DNA of 64,000 nt. It comes from a virus. Below are positions 19,795-30,338 of this stretch, piece after piece. Both the position numbers and the translations under genes were made by a program. How positions within the stretch are numbered: the first letter of the stretch is position 1; the number at the start of each line of letters is the position of its first letter. The DNA lies in IMG/VR virus record IMGVR_UViG_3300047323_000304, positions 129,898-193,897 of that record, one strand, 5' to 3'. The notes under the pieces are model-generated. The model ran no database searches and was not told the DNA's origin. It worked only from the letters and a program-made list of their open reading frames with translations.

Positions 19795-20151
19795 TTACTT
19801 AAATATTTCCTCATTCTTTTTCTTTTCATTTTTCATAAAGTTTTTTAATATTCTTTCTCCGCTTCCTTCTGTCAAATCTTCACCATAATCAAATAAAAAA
19901 TCTACAAATTCTTCAACACTAGTTTTTCCAACTACATATATTTCTGAAAAAGTTTTCTCCAATTGTTGTTCCTTTAACCACTCTTTTAATTTCTCAACTA
20001 AATTATTTTCATCAATCCAGTCTTTGAAATTAATTTTATTAATTAAATTACTATCTATTTTTAATAGTTTTTTAAAGTCTTTCATTTCAAATTTTTTATC
20101 ATTAGTATTCTCATATATAAACATTTTTCTTATTAATTCTATATCAAACAT
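19795..20151 (-). CDS. hypothetical phage protein
   Basis: operonic ORF. Confidence 0.65.
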   Translation of the reverse strand: MFDIELIRKMFIYENTNDKKFEMKDFKKLLKIDSNLINKINFKDWIDENNLVEKLKEWLKEQQLEKTFSEIYVVGKTSVEEFVDFLFDYGEDLTEGSGERILKNFMKNEKKKNEEIFK

Positions 20152-20156
20152 TATAA

Positions 20157-20399
20157 TTACTCCTTAATTATATTTTTAATTTTATTAATTTCTCTAGAGT
20201 TATTGTTATTTATGTTAATTGCAGTATTTATTAATGCATTGTTTTCCTTATTTATATCTGATAACTGTTTACATGATTCAGATATATCTTTAAATATATT
20301 ACTCATTCTGTCTAAAACTTCTAAAACCTTATCCATATTAATCACTCCCCTATTTGTTATTATATCATAATTTTTATTTCCTAATCTATCTAAGAACAT
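20157..20399 (-). CDS. hypothetical coiled-coil protein
   Basis: operonic ORF. Confidence 0.6.
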   Translation of the reverse strand: MFLDRLGNKNYDIITNRGVINMDKVLEVLDRMSNIFKDISESCKQLSDINKENNALINTAININNNNSREINKIKNIIKE

Positions 20400-20411
20400 A
20401 AAAGATTTATT

Positions 20412-21359
20412 TTACAATCTGTTCAATGGATTATTGATAGCCATATCTCTTAATTCTTCCTCATCAACTCTTAAATAACGTTCTGTAGTTTTTATTGAAC
20501 TATGACCTAATGCACGTTGTATTTGTCTTATATTCGCACCTGCATTATGATTCAATGTAGCAAATGTTCCTCTTAGTTTGTGTGGTGTATATTTTTCGTC
20601 TGTTAATTCTGCTATATTTAAATACTTTTTAACCATTGTTCTAATAGAATCTGTACTTATTTTTGTTTTATAAGTACGTGATAAAAATAAGTATTGTTTT
20701 ACATTCTCAGGATAATCTTCATCAAACCTATAGTTTAAATTATCTTCTATAACTTTTTTGCAAGTATCATCAAGATATACAAATCTTTCTTTTGCTCCTT
20801 TTCCCCATATTTTAATTTTATTATCTTTTATATCTTTTATTTTTATATTTGCAAGTTCTGATATTCTTAAACCACAATGTAGAAATATATTTAAAATACA
20901 TTTATCTCTATAATAGTTAATAGAACCTTTATCTAATGATTCAAGCAATTTTATAGATTGATTTAAGTTTAATGTTATTGGTTCAGTTTTAGGTTGCTTA
21001 GGACTTTCTAACTCATAAGCTGGATTAAAAGTAATTAATCTTTCTTTGTTTTGTAGATAGTCAAAATAGGCTTTTAAAGTTGCAACTTTCCTACATCTTG
21101 TACTTGCTTTATTATCACATTCTTTTATTAAATAATTCATAAAATTATGTAGGTGTTTCAACTTAATAGTTTTTATATATTTATCATTAATAGCGTGTCT
21201 ATCTTTTCCTCTATTATCTTTAAGGAATTTTACGAACATCTTTAGATCATTCTCATATCCTAATGCAGTTTTTTCTGAAAGACCTTTAATATTTCTGCAA
21301 TAGTTTAAAAAATTTATAACACTTTCAGGTAATTCTATATTAATTTTCTCTCTTACCAT
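20412..21359 (-). CDS. XerC/D-like tyrosine recombinase
   Basis: CGLRISEL, GKGAKER, HKLRGT, LGHSSIKTTERY: full catalytic set. Confidence 0.92.
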   Translation of the reverse strand: MVREKINIELPESVINFLNYCRNIKGLSEKTALGYENDLKMFVKFLKDNRGKDRHAINDKYIKTIKLKHLHNFMNYLIKECDNKASTRCRKVATLKAYFDYLQNKERLITFNPAYELESPKQPKTEPITLNLNQSIKLLESLDKGSINYYRDKCILNIFLHCGLRISELANIKIKDIKDNKIKIWGKGAKERFVYLDDTCKKVIEDNLNYRFDEDYPENVKQYLFLSRTYKTKISTDSIRTMVKKYLNIAELTDEKYTPHKLRGTFATLNHNAGANIRQIQRALGHSSIKTTERYLRVDEEELRDMAINNPLNRL

Positions 21360-21481
21360 TCTTAATCACTCCTTAATTCGTTTAATCATTGTTTTTAATT
21401 TATCTTATATATCCATTATAATACTACTTTATGAAGATTACAAGTAAAATATTCCTGTAATCTCTAAAAATATTATTTAAT

Positions 21482-21700
21482 TTATTTAGCTTCAATTTTA
21501 TCTAATTTTAGTCTTTCTGTTCGTTGCTTGAATAATAATTCTTCTTCAACTGTATTATTTACCACATAAGCTATTTCTTCAATTGTCATTCCTTCATTAT
21601 AGTATTTCAATAATACGTCTTTAATATTTTTATTAATATCATCACTTAGTTCTTTTGCTTGTTCTGTCCATCCACCTAATTTTTTATTAAATACTCCCAT
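21482..21700 (-). CDS. hypothetical phage protein
   Basis: operonic ORF. Confidence 0.6.
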   Translation of the reverse strand: MGVFNKKLGGWTEQAKELSDDINKNIKDVLLKYYNEGMTIEEIAYVVNNTVEEELLFKQRTERLKLDKIEAK

Positions 21701-21943
21701 TTAACATTGCTCCTTTATATAATTGTCTATTGAATCATAAAATTTCTTTCTAGTAAGATTCAGTAATTCTAAGTAAGTTAATCCTAATGCTTCTTCCTTA
21801 GTTGGCATTAGATTGTTTATATGATAGTGAAATGTATGTACCTTTCCAGTCTTCATAATAACATCAAAATGTTTATAATCATACTTTGTTGGTGGTTCAT
21901 TGTTAAATCTAATGTCTACAATTGTATTTTTCATCAATAACAC
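21701..21943 (-). CDS. hypothetical phage protein
   Basis: operonic ORF. Confidence 0.6.
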   Translation of the reverse strand: MLLMKNTIVDIRFNNEPPTKYDYKHFDVIMKTGKVHTFHYHINNLMPTKEEALGLTYLELLNLTRKKFYDSIDNYIKEQC

Positions 21944-21980
21944 TCCTTATAATTTATTTACTCTTTTTAAAATGATAGGT

Positions 21981-22463
21981 TTACTCATTTATTTTAATTG
22001 TTTTATTTTCTCCAAAAAACATTAGTTGCATTTCTTCAGTATTACTAAATTGTTTTTCTAAATAATCGTATTTAAATTGTCTATATTCCATTTCTATAGA
22101 ATAATCATTATTATAATAATCAAACTTTATCCTTCTATTCCATTCAACAGGTAATAGTCGTCCAGTTATATTGCTAATTTTAAAAATGTTTTCCATGCTT
22201 AATTTATGTTTAATACATTTTGTCCTAATAAACATTTCAATATATTCTAATTCTTGGATACAAGTATCATTTGGTTTCTGTCTTTTATTGTTTATATTAA
22301 ATATTGTTATTTTAGATAATTCTACATTAATTTCCCTATATTTATTTATATACCAATGCAATAATTTCAAATCTTCTTCACTAACTATTTCATTCTCTTT
22401 ATAATTTATACACTCTGTATAGTTATTATACTCTGAAACGTAGTCTTCTGTTTTTTCGTTCAT
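21981..22463 (-). CDS. hypothetical phage protein
   Basis: ORF with AGGAG RBS. Confidence 0.65.
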   Translation of the reverse strand: MNEKTEDYVSEYNNYTECINYKENEIVSEEDLKLLHWYINKYREINVELSKITIFNINNKRQKPNDTCIQELEYIEMFIRTKCIKHKLSMENIFKISNITGRLLPVEWNRRIKFDYYNNDYSIEMEYRQFKYDYLEKQFSNTEEMQLMFFGENKTIKINE

Positions 22464-22519
22464 AATACTACTCCTTTATACTTAATTTCTATTTTATTAA
22501 TTAACATAAATCAATGTTT

Positions 22520-22855
22520 TTAACAACTTTTTATTTCTTCTAAAATATCTTCTAATAATTCTTTTTCAATACCATATCTTACAATATCGTAATCAATAAA
22601 TGAATTATTCCATTTTTCTTCAGCTATATTTAATCTTCTCTTTATTATTTCAACGTAATTATTATTTATAGTATTTTTAATTTCTCTTTGAATTATTTCT
22701 ACTGTTGTCATCATACCTATTAATTTAGTTCTCAATTCTGTAGCTCTACAAGAGCCAATTTTGCCATTAAGTTCATCTTTTAATATCTCATCTTTTTTAT
22801 TTAAATATTCATTGCAAATTATTGTTCTTATATCTTCTAATGTTTGTTTATCCAT
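22520..22855 (-). CDS. hypothetical phage protein
   Basis: ORF with GAGGT RBS. Confidence 0.65.
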   Translation of the reverse strand: MDKQTLEDIRTIICNEYLNKKDEILKDELNGKIGSCRATELRTKLIGMMTTVEIIQREIKNTINNNYVEIIKRRLNIAEEKWNNSFIDYDIVRYGIEKELLEDILEEIKSC

Positions 22856-22901
22856 TTTTATTACCTCACCCTTCTTAATAAATTTATGAATTTATCAACT
22901 T

Positions 22902-23186
22902 TTATAAATTTTCTTCTATAAAGTTTTTTATCTCTCTTAATTCATACATGTTGCAACCACTATCCCAGCATATTAAATTATCTATGTTACTCTTAGCATT
23001 ACTCTTATTGTTTTTGTATATTTTAATATTAGTATCCCACCCTAATTTATAAGCCATCAATGATATTATATTACTTTTTAATAAACTTATTTCTCTTTCT
23101 ACATGAATGGTCAATTCATTATCTTCACCTAAATTGTTAATTGTACTTTTTATATTAATCCATTTTTCATTCATATATTGTATCAT
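22902..23186 (-). CDS. hypothetical phage protein
   Basis: ORF with RBS. Confidence 0.6.
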   Translation of the reverse strand: MIQYMNEKWINIKSTINNLGEDNELTIHVEREISLLKSNIISLMAYKLGWDTNIKIYKNNKSNAKSNIDNLICWDSGCNMYELREIKNFIEENL

Positions 23187-23233
23187 CTCCTTTTTTCAAT
23201 TATAACATAGTTCCAATAAGATCAATATTTTAA

Positions 23234-23473
23234 TTACACTTCTTCTAACCAGCCTAAACCAATTTCTATCATATTTCCAACTTTCCATGTATTCATATGA
23301 TAATTAAATCTTTTACTAAAATCACAACTCGTTTCTATTAATTTTATTGTCACAACATTATCTTTATTTATATCTAATACTTCACCATCTAAAATTTTTT
23401 CATGATATAGTGGTTCATACATTTTATTCTTATACTCTTCTGTAGTTTTGACATGACTTCCTATTTGTATCAT
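23234..23473 (-). CDS. hypothetical phage protein
   Basis: ORF with RBS. Confidence 0.6.
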   Translation of the reverse strand: MIQIGSHVKTTEEYKNKMYEPLYHEKILDGEVLDINKDNVVTIKLIETSCDFSKRFNYHMNTWKVGNMIEIGLGWLEEV

Positions 23474-24095
23474 TTCATACCCTCCTTTTACTATCTAATT
23501 TATTTCTACTTGTTCAACATCATTTATATCCAATCTCAATCTTCTTCCGTATGTAAAAAGTTCAACCACATTTCCTTTTATAAATCCAATAAATATACCT
23601 TTTAATTTATCATCATTCTTGACTTTAAATACTCCCATAATCATCGTTTCCTCCTAATAATATAATCTTAAATCTAAATTTCTATTTTTAACTTCATTCC
23701 ATAAATTATTAAATAAGTGTTCTTTACTATTGTCCGACAGTATTATAAATAACATTCTAATAGATTTATATTCTCTCATTAAATCATTATTACTTAGTTT
23801 TTGGATATTCATAACTATCACTCCTCTTATTTAATTTATTTGTTTTATTGATTATTATATGTATTTGCTATAAGTTGGAATAGCAATCTTTAGTTGTGCC
23901 GATTGGCTTAGAAAATGTATCTTCTATAGTTATTATTTTACTACTGTTATTACTTAAAGTCAATAATTATTTAATAAAATAAAAAGAATATCTTAGTAAT
24001 TATATTTTCATAATCCATAAAAATATGTATCATATTATTTACATAAGTGTTATAATATACATACACTCTTGCCAAGCAAAAAGGAGAGTGAAAAG

Positions 24096-24170
24096 ATGAA
24101 GATTAAGAAATTAAAATTCATGTTAAATATCATAGCTTTTCTTAAGTTATCACTAGAAATAGAAAGATAA
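24096..24170 (+). CDS. 24-aa peptide MKIKKLKFMLNIIAFLKLSLEIER, type I toxin-like
   Basis: extended -10 TGTTATAAT at 24048-24056; RBS paired in the CACTCT/AGAGTG hairpin; own terminator. Confidence 0.45.
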   Translation: MKIKKLKFMLNIIAFLKLSLEIER

Positions 24171-24186
24171 TTTAAGTCTTGGTAAG

Positions 24187-24224
24187 AAAAAGGGAAGTAA
24201 TGACGGTATATACTTCCCTTTTTT
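24187..24224. terminator. bidirectional terminator
   Basis: AAAAAGGGAAGTA/TACTTCCCTTTTT arms. Confidence 0.7.
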
Positions 24225-24307
24225 AATCGTATTAAATTACCGAATTTATCAACTTGTACAAAACAAAAGAGTATAAATTACAAATATACTCTTTTAAGCT
24301 TTTTTAT

Positions 24308-24613
24308 TTAATTTTCTTCTTCGATATTAGAATATATAAATGTTCCTTTATTCCATATGCTAACATAATAAAAATCTTTATAATCAATAAACTCATCTAC
24401 TCTTTCTTTTGCCTCAGCTATATCTGTATAAACTTCTATCAATAGTCGTTCTGCATTAATGGCCTCATCATTACATATCAATTCTAAGTCTTCAATATCT
24501 TTTCTAGGACTTCCTACTCCACTTGGTTGTATAAATACTGAAATTTCTTTTATTGTCTCACTTATTGTTGATAATATATTGTCATTGGAAAATATTACAC
24601 TATGTTCTAACAT
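24308..24613 (-). CDS. hypothetical phage protein
   Basis: ORF; start uncertain. Confidence 0.55.
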   Translation of the reverse strand: MLEHSVIFSNDNILSTISETIKEISVFIQPSGVGSPRKDIEDLELICNDEAINAERLLIEVYTDIAEAKERVDEFIDYKDFYYVSIWNKGTFIYSNIEEEN

Positions 24614-24798
24614 TTTTTCTCCTCCTCACTATTTAAAAGTTGTAATCCACCTAAAGCGGAAAGCAAATTATTTTTAACTGTTTCTAATATTTTAATATTC
24701 GATTCATTTTTATAATCATCTTTTATATTATCTACTAATTTAATTGTACTCATTATATTTTCCTCAATTAATTTCATATTAATATTCCTCCTATTCAT
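24607..24798 (-). CDS. hypothetical phage protein
   Basis: short ORF. Confidence 0.55.
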   Translation of the reverse strand: MNRRNINMKLIEENIMSTIKLVDNIKDDYKNESNIKILETVKNNLLSALGGLQLLNSEEEKKC

Positions 24799-24828
24799 TT
24801 AAATTAACTCTTTTAAGCAGATATTAAT

Positions 24829-25143
24829 CTACCATATAACTTTTATAGAATCTGGAGTTCCATAATCAAGTAATTCTCTTGAATCTCCTAATTCACCCTT
24901 TACAAATTCTACAGTATAACCCATTTCTTCAGTTTCTAATTCTATTTTTATATTTTGAAAAATTTTATCTTTATAAAGAGCCATATTATTCTCAAATTCA
25001 ACTTTTACAAAATTTTTATCCTTAGCTTTTCTTATTTGGGTGTCAATTTTATCAATCATTATTTTTACATACTCTTGTATTTTTTCATCTTTTGCTACAT
25101 TATTTAATTCCCTTGCTTCACTTGCTTTTATCATATTACACAT
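24829..25143 (-). CDS. hypothetical phage protein
   Basis: ends GYTVEF...IKVIW; resembles the 29130 ORF. Confidence 0.65.
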   Translation of the reverse strand: MCNMIKASEARELNNVAKDEKIQEYVKIMIDKIDTQIRKAKDKNFVKVEFENNMALYKDKIFQNIKIELETEEMGYTVEFVKGELGDSRELLDYGTPDSIKVIW

Positions 25144-25174
25144 CTCCTAACTTTTTCTAAAATAACTTTTTATA

Positions 25175-25357
25175 TTAATCATATCTGTCATTTTCTCCAA
25201 GCACCCATAATAAAGTGGCTATAGTTGAAGAACAATCTAGAATTTGGCTTTTCATAACATCTCTTGGTATCTCACTATTTTTATAAGCATTTCTATAATT
25301 TTCTATGGTCTTTTTGGTTGCTTCTATTTCGTGTCTTATTTCTTTCTCTGTTTTCAA
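25175..25357 (-). CDS. hypothetical phage protein
   Basis: MKTEKEIR..LLWVLGEND. Confidence 0.6.
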   Translation of the reverse strand: MKTEKEIRHEIEATKKTIENYRNAYKNSEIPRDVMKSQILDCSSTIATLLWVLGENDRYD

Positions 25358-25427
25358 TAATTCACCTTCTTTTTTTAATTGATAATCACTTTCAATAAGC
25401 TTTTAAAACTCTTGATTTACTTGGTTA

Positions 25428-25988
25428 TTAATGGAAATCTACTGCACCATGTTGTGACGCATATTCAAAAGCTTCTTTCCAATCTTGATATTTTACAAAC
25501 CAATATCCATCATCCTTTAAATTTTTTGAGAATTCTTCTGCTTTTTCTTCATTGTCTACAAAATCTTTATATAATTTTTTAGCTACAATATATCCTATTA
25601 CACCTTCATTGTCAGCAAAATTAATCAATTCTTCAAATAAGTTTTTATTATTTACACCTACTAGACCTACATTTCCATTGCTATCACATTCAAATTTAAT
25701 TGGTAATATTGTTTTTGCAAATGCTTCTAACGTATTTCTCCATGCTCCATATCCCGAATAACTTCCTGCTCTGAATCCAATACTATCTTCCCAAGTATAA
25801 ACTGTATTTGGATTGATTCCTTCCCCTCTACCTTTAAAATGCTTTTCTGACCATTCCATACTTACTCCAGCTTTCCATTCTGTTTCCCAGTTTATCAATT
25901 CTCCTTCTTCATCAATTTGTGGATTTTCAACCACCTTTAAATTTTTATATGCTGTTATATCTAATCCCATTGTACTTCTCTCCTTCAT
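25428..25988 (-). CDS. conserved-looking hypothetical phage protein
   Basis: MGLDITAY...FRAGSYSGYGAWR...FADNEGVIG. Confidence 0.75.
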   Translation of the reverse strand: MKERSTMGLDITAYKNLKVVENPQIDEEGELINWETEWKAGVSMEWSEKHFKGRGEGINPNTVYTWEDSIGFRAGSYSGYGAWRNTLEAFAKTILPIKFECDSNGNVGLVGVNNKNLFEELINFADNEGVIGYIVAKKLYKDFVDNEEKAEEFSKNLKDDGYWFVKYQDWKEAFEYASQHGAVDFH

Positions 25989-26051
25989 TAATTTTTTTAT
26001 TTATAATGTTTACTTTATTTTCTAGGTAAAAGAACTATTTTGTTTAAACTT

Positions 26052-26405
26052 TTATTCTTCTAAGTCGTCTATAAAAAATTTATTATCTAATCCAAAATCT
26101 TTGAATTTATTTTGTGTGCCATTAAGAACAATTTTATTCCTTTGATTTAATACAATAGATATCATATCAAATTGAATTCTATATTGGTTTTTCAAACCAT
26201 ATAATAAACCTAACTTATTTTTACTATCTTCAGTTAACTCATTCCATTTTGTGTGGTCTGGATTAATTATATTAATCTCACTATCAATCATTTTCATTTT
26301 TTCTATTAATTCTCTACCTAACTTTTTTATAACCGTTATACTTCTAATGTCATCTTTTAACGTTTCTTCCATAACATCATAAATATCCATAGCTTTCATA
26401 TCCAT
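26052..26405 (-). CDS. hypothetical phage protein
   Basis: ORF behind a TAGACA-N17-TATAAT promoter. Confidence 0.65.
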   Translation of the reverse strand: MDMKAMDIYDVMEETLKDDIRSITVIKKLGRELIEKMKMIDSEINIINPDHTKWNELTEDSKNKLGLLYGLKNQYRIQFDMISIVLNQRNKIVLNGTQNKFKDFGLDNKFFIDDLEE

Positions 26406-26681
26406 TTTAACACCATCCTCTATTTATATATGTATTTTTCTTAACTCTTATCTTAATTACATTATATATCATTTACCAAACATTGTCTATATGTTTTTAA
26501 TATTCTTTTTAATTTATTTTTAAACCAAACAATCTAAATTATTTAATATCCATTCCAATGAAGTACCACGCTTTAATAATTCCTGTACTTTTCCCACAAA
26601 ACTTAAATTAATATTGATATTTTCCTTTGTGCATTGCTTAACTATTTTACTATAAATATTATAACTCATTATGTATTCCTC

Positions 26682-27056
26682 CTATTCTAAAATCTCAATC
26701 TCTTCTAACGTTAACCATTTATAACCATCCAAATACTTATCTTCTTCATCAATAAAATTACAGTATATTTGTGTTACTTCATCATTATTAGAATTTTTAT
26801 ACCTTACTATTGGATTGTTTATATAAATAGGATTTTGTCCAAAATGATCCCACTTAAAATCATCTATTATTTCTTTTTGAAACTGTTCTTCAGATAATAA
26901 TTCATTATCTTCATTCTCTAATGTTATTTCATTCATATATTGTCTTTCTAATTTATTTCTTTTATCTAATATAGTCTTATGGTTAATTGAAATTATTTCT
27001 GTTGTATTGCTATTGCCGTTTTCACCAATTGTTAATTTATATCCTATCATTGTCAT
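26682..27056 (-). CDS. hypothetical phage protein
   Basis: ORF with RBS. Confidence 0.65.
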   Translation of the reverse strand: MTMIGYKLTIGENGNSNTTEIISINHKTILDKRNKLERQYMNEITLENEDNELLSEEQFQKEIIDDFKWDHFGQNPIYINNPIVRYKNSNNDEVTQIYCNFIDEEDKYLDGYKWLTLEEIEILE

Positions 27057-27103
27057 TCCTCCACTTTTAATAAAATTTGATTTTTATCTTAATTATAATT
27101 TAT

Positions 27104-27649
27104 TTAATATTCATCTGTAAAATCATTATTTCTCAGATAGTTCATAAAACTATATAGTGAATATATTTGTAATTTAATTAGCATGTCATAAGCACCCTCA
27201 TATGAATTTCCATCGTTATCAATTAATATATAATTGTGCGTTAGTGAATCTGACATTCCCTTGAACCATGTTTGCTTAAAAGAATGAAAAATTTTATTAT
27301 ATTGAGGAACTTTATAACTACATTCATATACAAAACTTTCATCAATTATATTACTATATTTTTCTTTATTATTATTTATATATTTCTCTAATTCTTCTAC
27401 GTTATCCCTGTTGATTTTACATTTATGCTTTATATCAATTCCTAAAGAAGTATTAAGTAAAAAGTGATTACTTTTAGTTTCTAATATCAATTTAACAAAA
27501 GATGAAACATTATCAAATCCACTATTGTTTAATTTTTCTATACTTTCTTTTGATATGTATTTCAATAAAAAATTTCTTTGTTTATCTGTCATATTATTAC
27601 CTTCTTTCAATTTATTAACAATTAATATAATACTTTTATAAACATTCAT
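27104..27649 (-). CDS. hypothetical phage protein
   Basis: ORF; likely start at MTDKQ. Confidence 0.6.
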   Translation of the reverse strand: MNVYKSIILIVNKLKEGNNMTDKQRNFLLKYISKESIEKLNNSGFDNVSSFVKLILETKSNHFLLNTSLGIDIKHKCKINRDNVEELEKYINNNKEKYSNIIDESFVYECSYKVPQYNKIFHSFKQTWFKGMSDSLTHNYILIDNDGNSYEGAYDMLIKLQIYSLYSFMNYLRNNDFTDEY

Positions 27650-27682
27650 TTACTGAAATAAGATCATATTATCCAATTAATA

Positions 27683-28030
27683 TCACCTTCTTATTAATCT
27701 ATTATTACTTAATTCAATAAACATATTTTCAATATCACTTTCAATAATGTTGTCTGATATAAATACTGTCATAATATTATCTTCTTTAGATTTAATTATA
27801 GCAATTAATTTTATTACCAAGTTATCTAAAGCATATTCAGAAAAATCTTCTATTAATTGTATTGGTCTTTCTTGATATCCTACATCTTGAAAATAAATCC
27901 CATCTCTTTGTAACGCAATTCTCGCACCTGTTTCAATTTGTCTAATAATTAGGCAAGTCCAGTTAAAAACTTTGTCTTCTTCAATTATCCACTTCATTCC
28001 TATAGATTTAAAAATTCTCATATTTAACAC
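27683..28030 (-). CDS. hypothetical phage protein
   Basis: ORF. Confidence 0.6.
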   Translation of the reverse strand: MLNMRIFKSIGMKWIIEEDKVFNWTCLIIRQIETGARIALQRDGIYFQDVGYQERPIQLIEDFSEYALDNLVIKLIAIIKSKEDNIMTVFISDNIIESDIENMFIELSNNRLIRR

Positions 28031-28159
28031 CCATCTTTCATAACAATTTATATATATTATACATATAGAATAATCAAAAAGAAATAAAATATTTTAATTA
28101 ATAAAAAATATCACTGTAAAATGCAAGATTGATTGTCTTTTTAATTTCTCTATTATGTA

Positions 28160-28984
28160 TTAACAAGCTATATTACTTAATTCTTCTATTACTTGTTCTA
28201 ATGGTTTATTAAATACTTTTCCATCTTTAACTAGTTTCTTATATATGTATGTAATTCCTTTAGGTCTTATTAGCGTTTTATAGTCTGTTCTATGAGTATA
28301 CTTATTAACTACTGGAATAACTTTAAAATAATCAATATACGCTTGATATGGTACATTATTATCCATTAGTATTTTACTATCTCTTAACCATGTGAACAAT
28401 CTAGTTCTTCCTAATTCTTTAGACTCTAGTATTTTTGCATATGTACCTACATCATAACAACCATTTGCATTAATAAACTTGTCCATTAAACTTACAATAG
28501 GTTTCATCTCAGCATTTTCATCTTTTAGTAATAAATTTTCTTCTTTTAATCTTGTGACTTTATTTTGTAAAATAGTCATGGCTTGAAGAACAAATTCGTC
28601 ATCTGACATCTCACCACTTACAACTTTTTCTTCTCCGTTTATGTATGCTCCATCTTTTCTAATTGCAGGTATAACTACTCCTGTAATCCATTTTTTAAAA
28701 TCTTTCGCTATCTTATATCTTTCTGGATTTCTTTTAGTTATAGACAATACTGAATTATATAATCCACTTTCATTAATTACTAGACATTCTTGTTCTCCTC
28801 CAAGGGTAAGCAAAGTTTGCGTATCCTTCTCATCATCATCTAAATTCCTTGTCATATCAGTAGCTTTATCATATTGCAATACTTTTGCCACGTCTGAACC
28901 CATAAACCAAATTACATTATTAATTTCAATTGCTCTTACTCCACCAAACCTTTCATTTAAAAATTCTTGTACCTTATTACTCAT
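28160..28984 (-). CDS. BRO-N / KilAC phage antirepressor
   Basis: FGGVRAI..WFMGSDVAKVL..INESGLY..FKKWIT..VIPAIRKDGAY; C-terminal LFTWLR..PYQAY..TLIRPKG. Confidence 0.88.
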   Translation of the reverse strand: MSNKVQEFLNERFGGVRAIEINNVIWFMGSDVAKVLQYDKATDMTRNLDDDEKDTQTLLTLGGEQECLVINESGLYNSVLSITKRNPERYKIAKDFKKWITGVVIPAIRKDGAYINGEEKVVSGEMSDDEFVLQAMTILQNKVTRLKEENLLLKDENAEMKPIVSLMDKFINANGCYDVGTYAKILESKELGRTRLFTWLRDSKILMDNNVPYQAYIDYFKVIPVVNKYTHRTDYKTLIRPKGITYIYKKLVKDGKVFNKPLEQVIEELSNIAC

Positions 28985-29129
28985 TAAACATCTCTCCCTT
29001 TTATTTTTTTATTTTGGCATTTAATATGCTTACATAAAGATACCTATTAGATATCTTTAAATTTGCATACTGTTTATATTCTCTTTAATTTATTACTATA
29101 GATAAAGTGAGTATTTGATTGGAACTTAA

Positions 29130-29444
29130 CTACCAACTAATATTAACAAATTCGCCTTGTTGTGCATCTGAATATGAAAATTTATATCCTAAACTCTCTA
29201 GTTCTGTTTTAACTTTATCTCTTAAATATTTTACATTAATCCAATAACAACCTTGTTTTGTTTCTGATAACTTATCATTGTATTTTATTGTAATACTGTT
29301 ACATCTGCATTGTGCTTGCCTTTTTAATCCTTCAAATAAAGTTTCTTTAAACTCTTCCCAAAACTCATTAGCTCCTTTAATTTCTGATTCCTCAGTGATC
29401 TTTCTCATTTCTTCTGCTTTCATTTTAATACATCCTTCTTTCAT
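29130..29444 (-). CDS. hypothetical phage protein
   Basis: MKAEEMRK...LESLGYKF...ISW. Confidence 0.65.
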   Translation of the reverse strand: MKEGCIKMKAEEMRKITEESEIKGANEFWEEFKETLFEGLKRQAQCRCNSITIKYNDKLSETKQGCYWINVKYLRDKVKTELESLGYKFSYSDAQQGEFVNISW

Positions 29445-29598
29445 TAATTATTTTTATTTTCCAGTTCTTGTAAAATTCATGTTTTATAACCTTTTTAATT
29501 TATTTAAAATATAAGTTTTATAAACTCTTTAATATAGTAATTAATACTTTATTATAATAAAAACAGGTGTTTTTAAGTCACCTGTTTTATAAGGGTGT

Positions 29599-30291
29599 TT
29601 ACCTAACTTCAACAACATAAAATCCTTCAGCATTAGCTTTATCTATCAATTCAATGTTATCTATGTGCATACAATAAACTCTTTCTCTAAACTCTCTAGG
29701 AACTAACTCACAAAGTTTTCTTAATGATGTATGAACATTTCCATCATAATCAGCTAAACAACAATCAGTATATACAATTCCATTTGCATCAAGAACTGTT
29801 TTCATATTTCTATTTCCTGTTGTATCTCCTGTATATAATGTTGGTATATTATTTTTTGTTAAAACGTATGAGTACGATGGTATTTCTTTAACATGAAGTG
29901 TTTTTAAAGATGTAATGCCAATTTCATACTTATCTTTAAATATTCTTAAATCTAAAATATTGTATAGTTCACCTAATTTACATCCAGTACAATCTAAAAA
30001 TGTTCTTAATTGATATTCTTCAGGATAGTATACATTGGCTTTAATCCCCTTACAATAGAAACAATACATTATAAGACTACTCAGACTTCCACAATGGTCA
30101 CTATGAAAATGAGTTATTAATACATTAACTTCCTTAACATCATCAAGTAATTTCTTTTCTAATATCCTTTGAAATACTGACTCGCCACAATCAATAAGTA
30201 ATAACATATCATCTTGTTTTAAGTAAGCACTTGTATTCCCTTCTTTAACATTAAATGCACTTCCACGACCTAAAAATTTTAATTTATTCAT
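29599..30291 (-). CDS. metallo-beta-lactamase-fold hydrolase (RNase Z-like)
   Basis: FLGRGSA, LLIDCG, THFHSDH, YTGDT, H.S, CMH. Confidence 0.88.
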   Translation of the reverse strand: MNKLKFLGRGSAFNVKEGNTSAYLKQDDMLLLIDCGESVFQRILEKKLLDDVKEVNVLITHFHSDHCGSLSSLIMYCFYCKGIKANVYYPEEYQLRTFLDCTGCKLGELYNILDLRIFKDKYEIGITSLKTLHVKEIPSYSYVLTKNNIPTLYTGDTTGNRNMKTVLDANGIVYTDCCLADYDGNVHTSLRKLCELVPREFRERVYCMHIDNIELIDKANAEGFYVVEVR

Positions 30292-30338
30292 TATATTTTA
30301 TCTCCTCTATAATTTATTTTTTATTCTATTAATATGTA

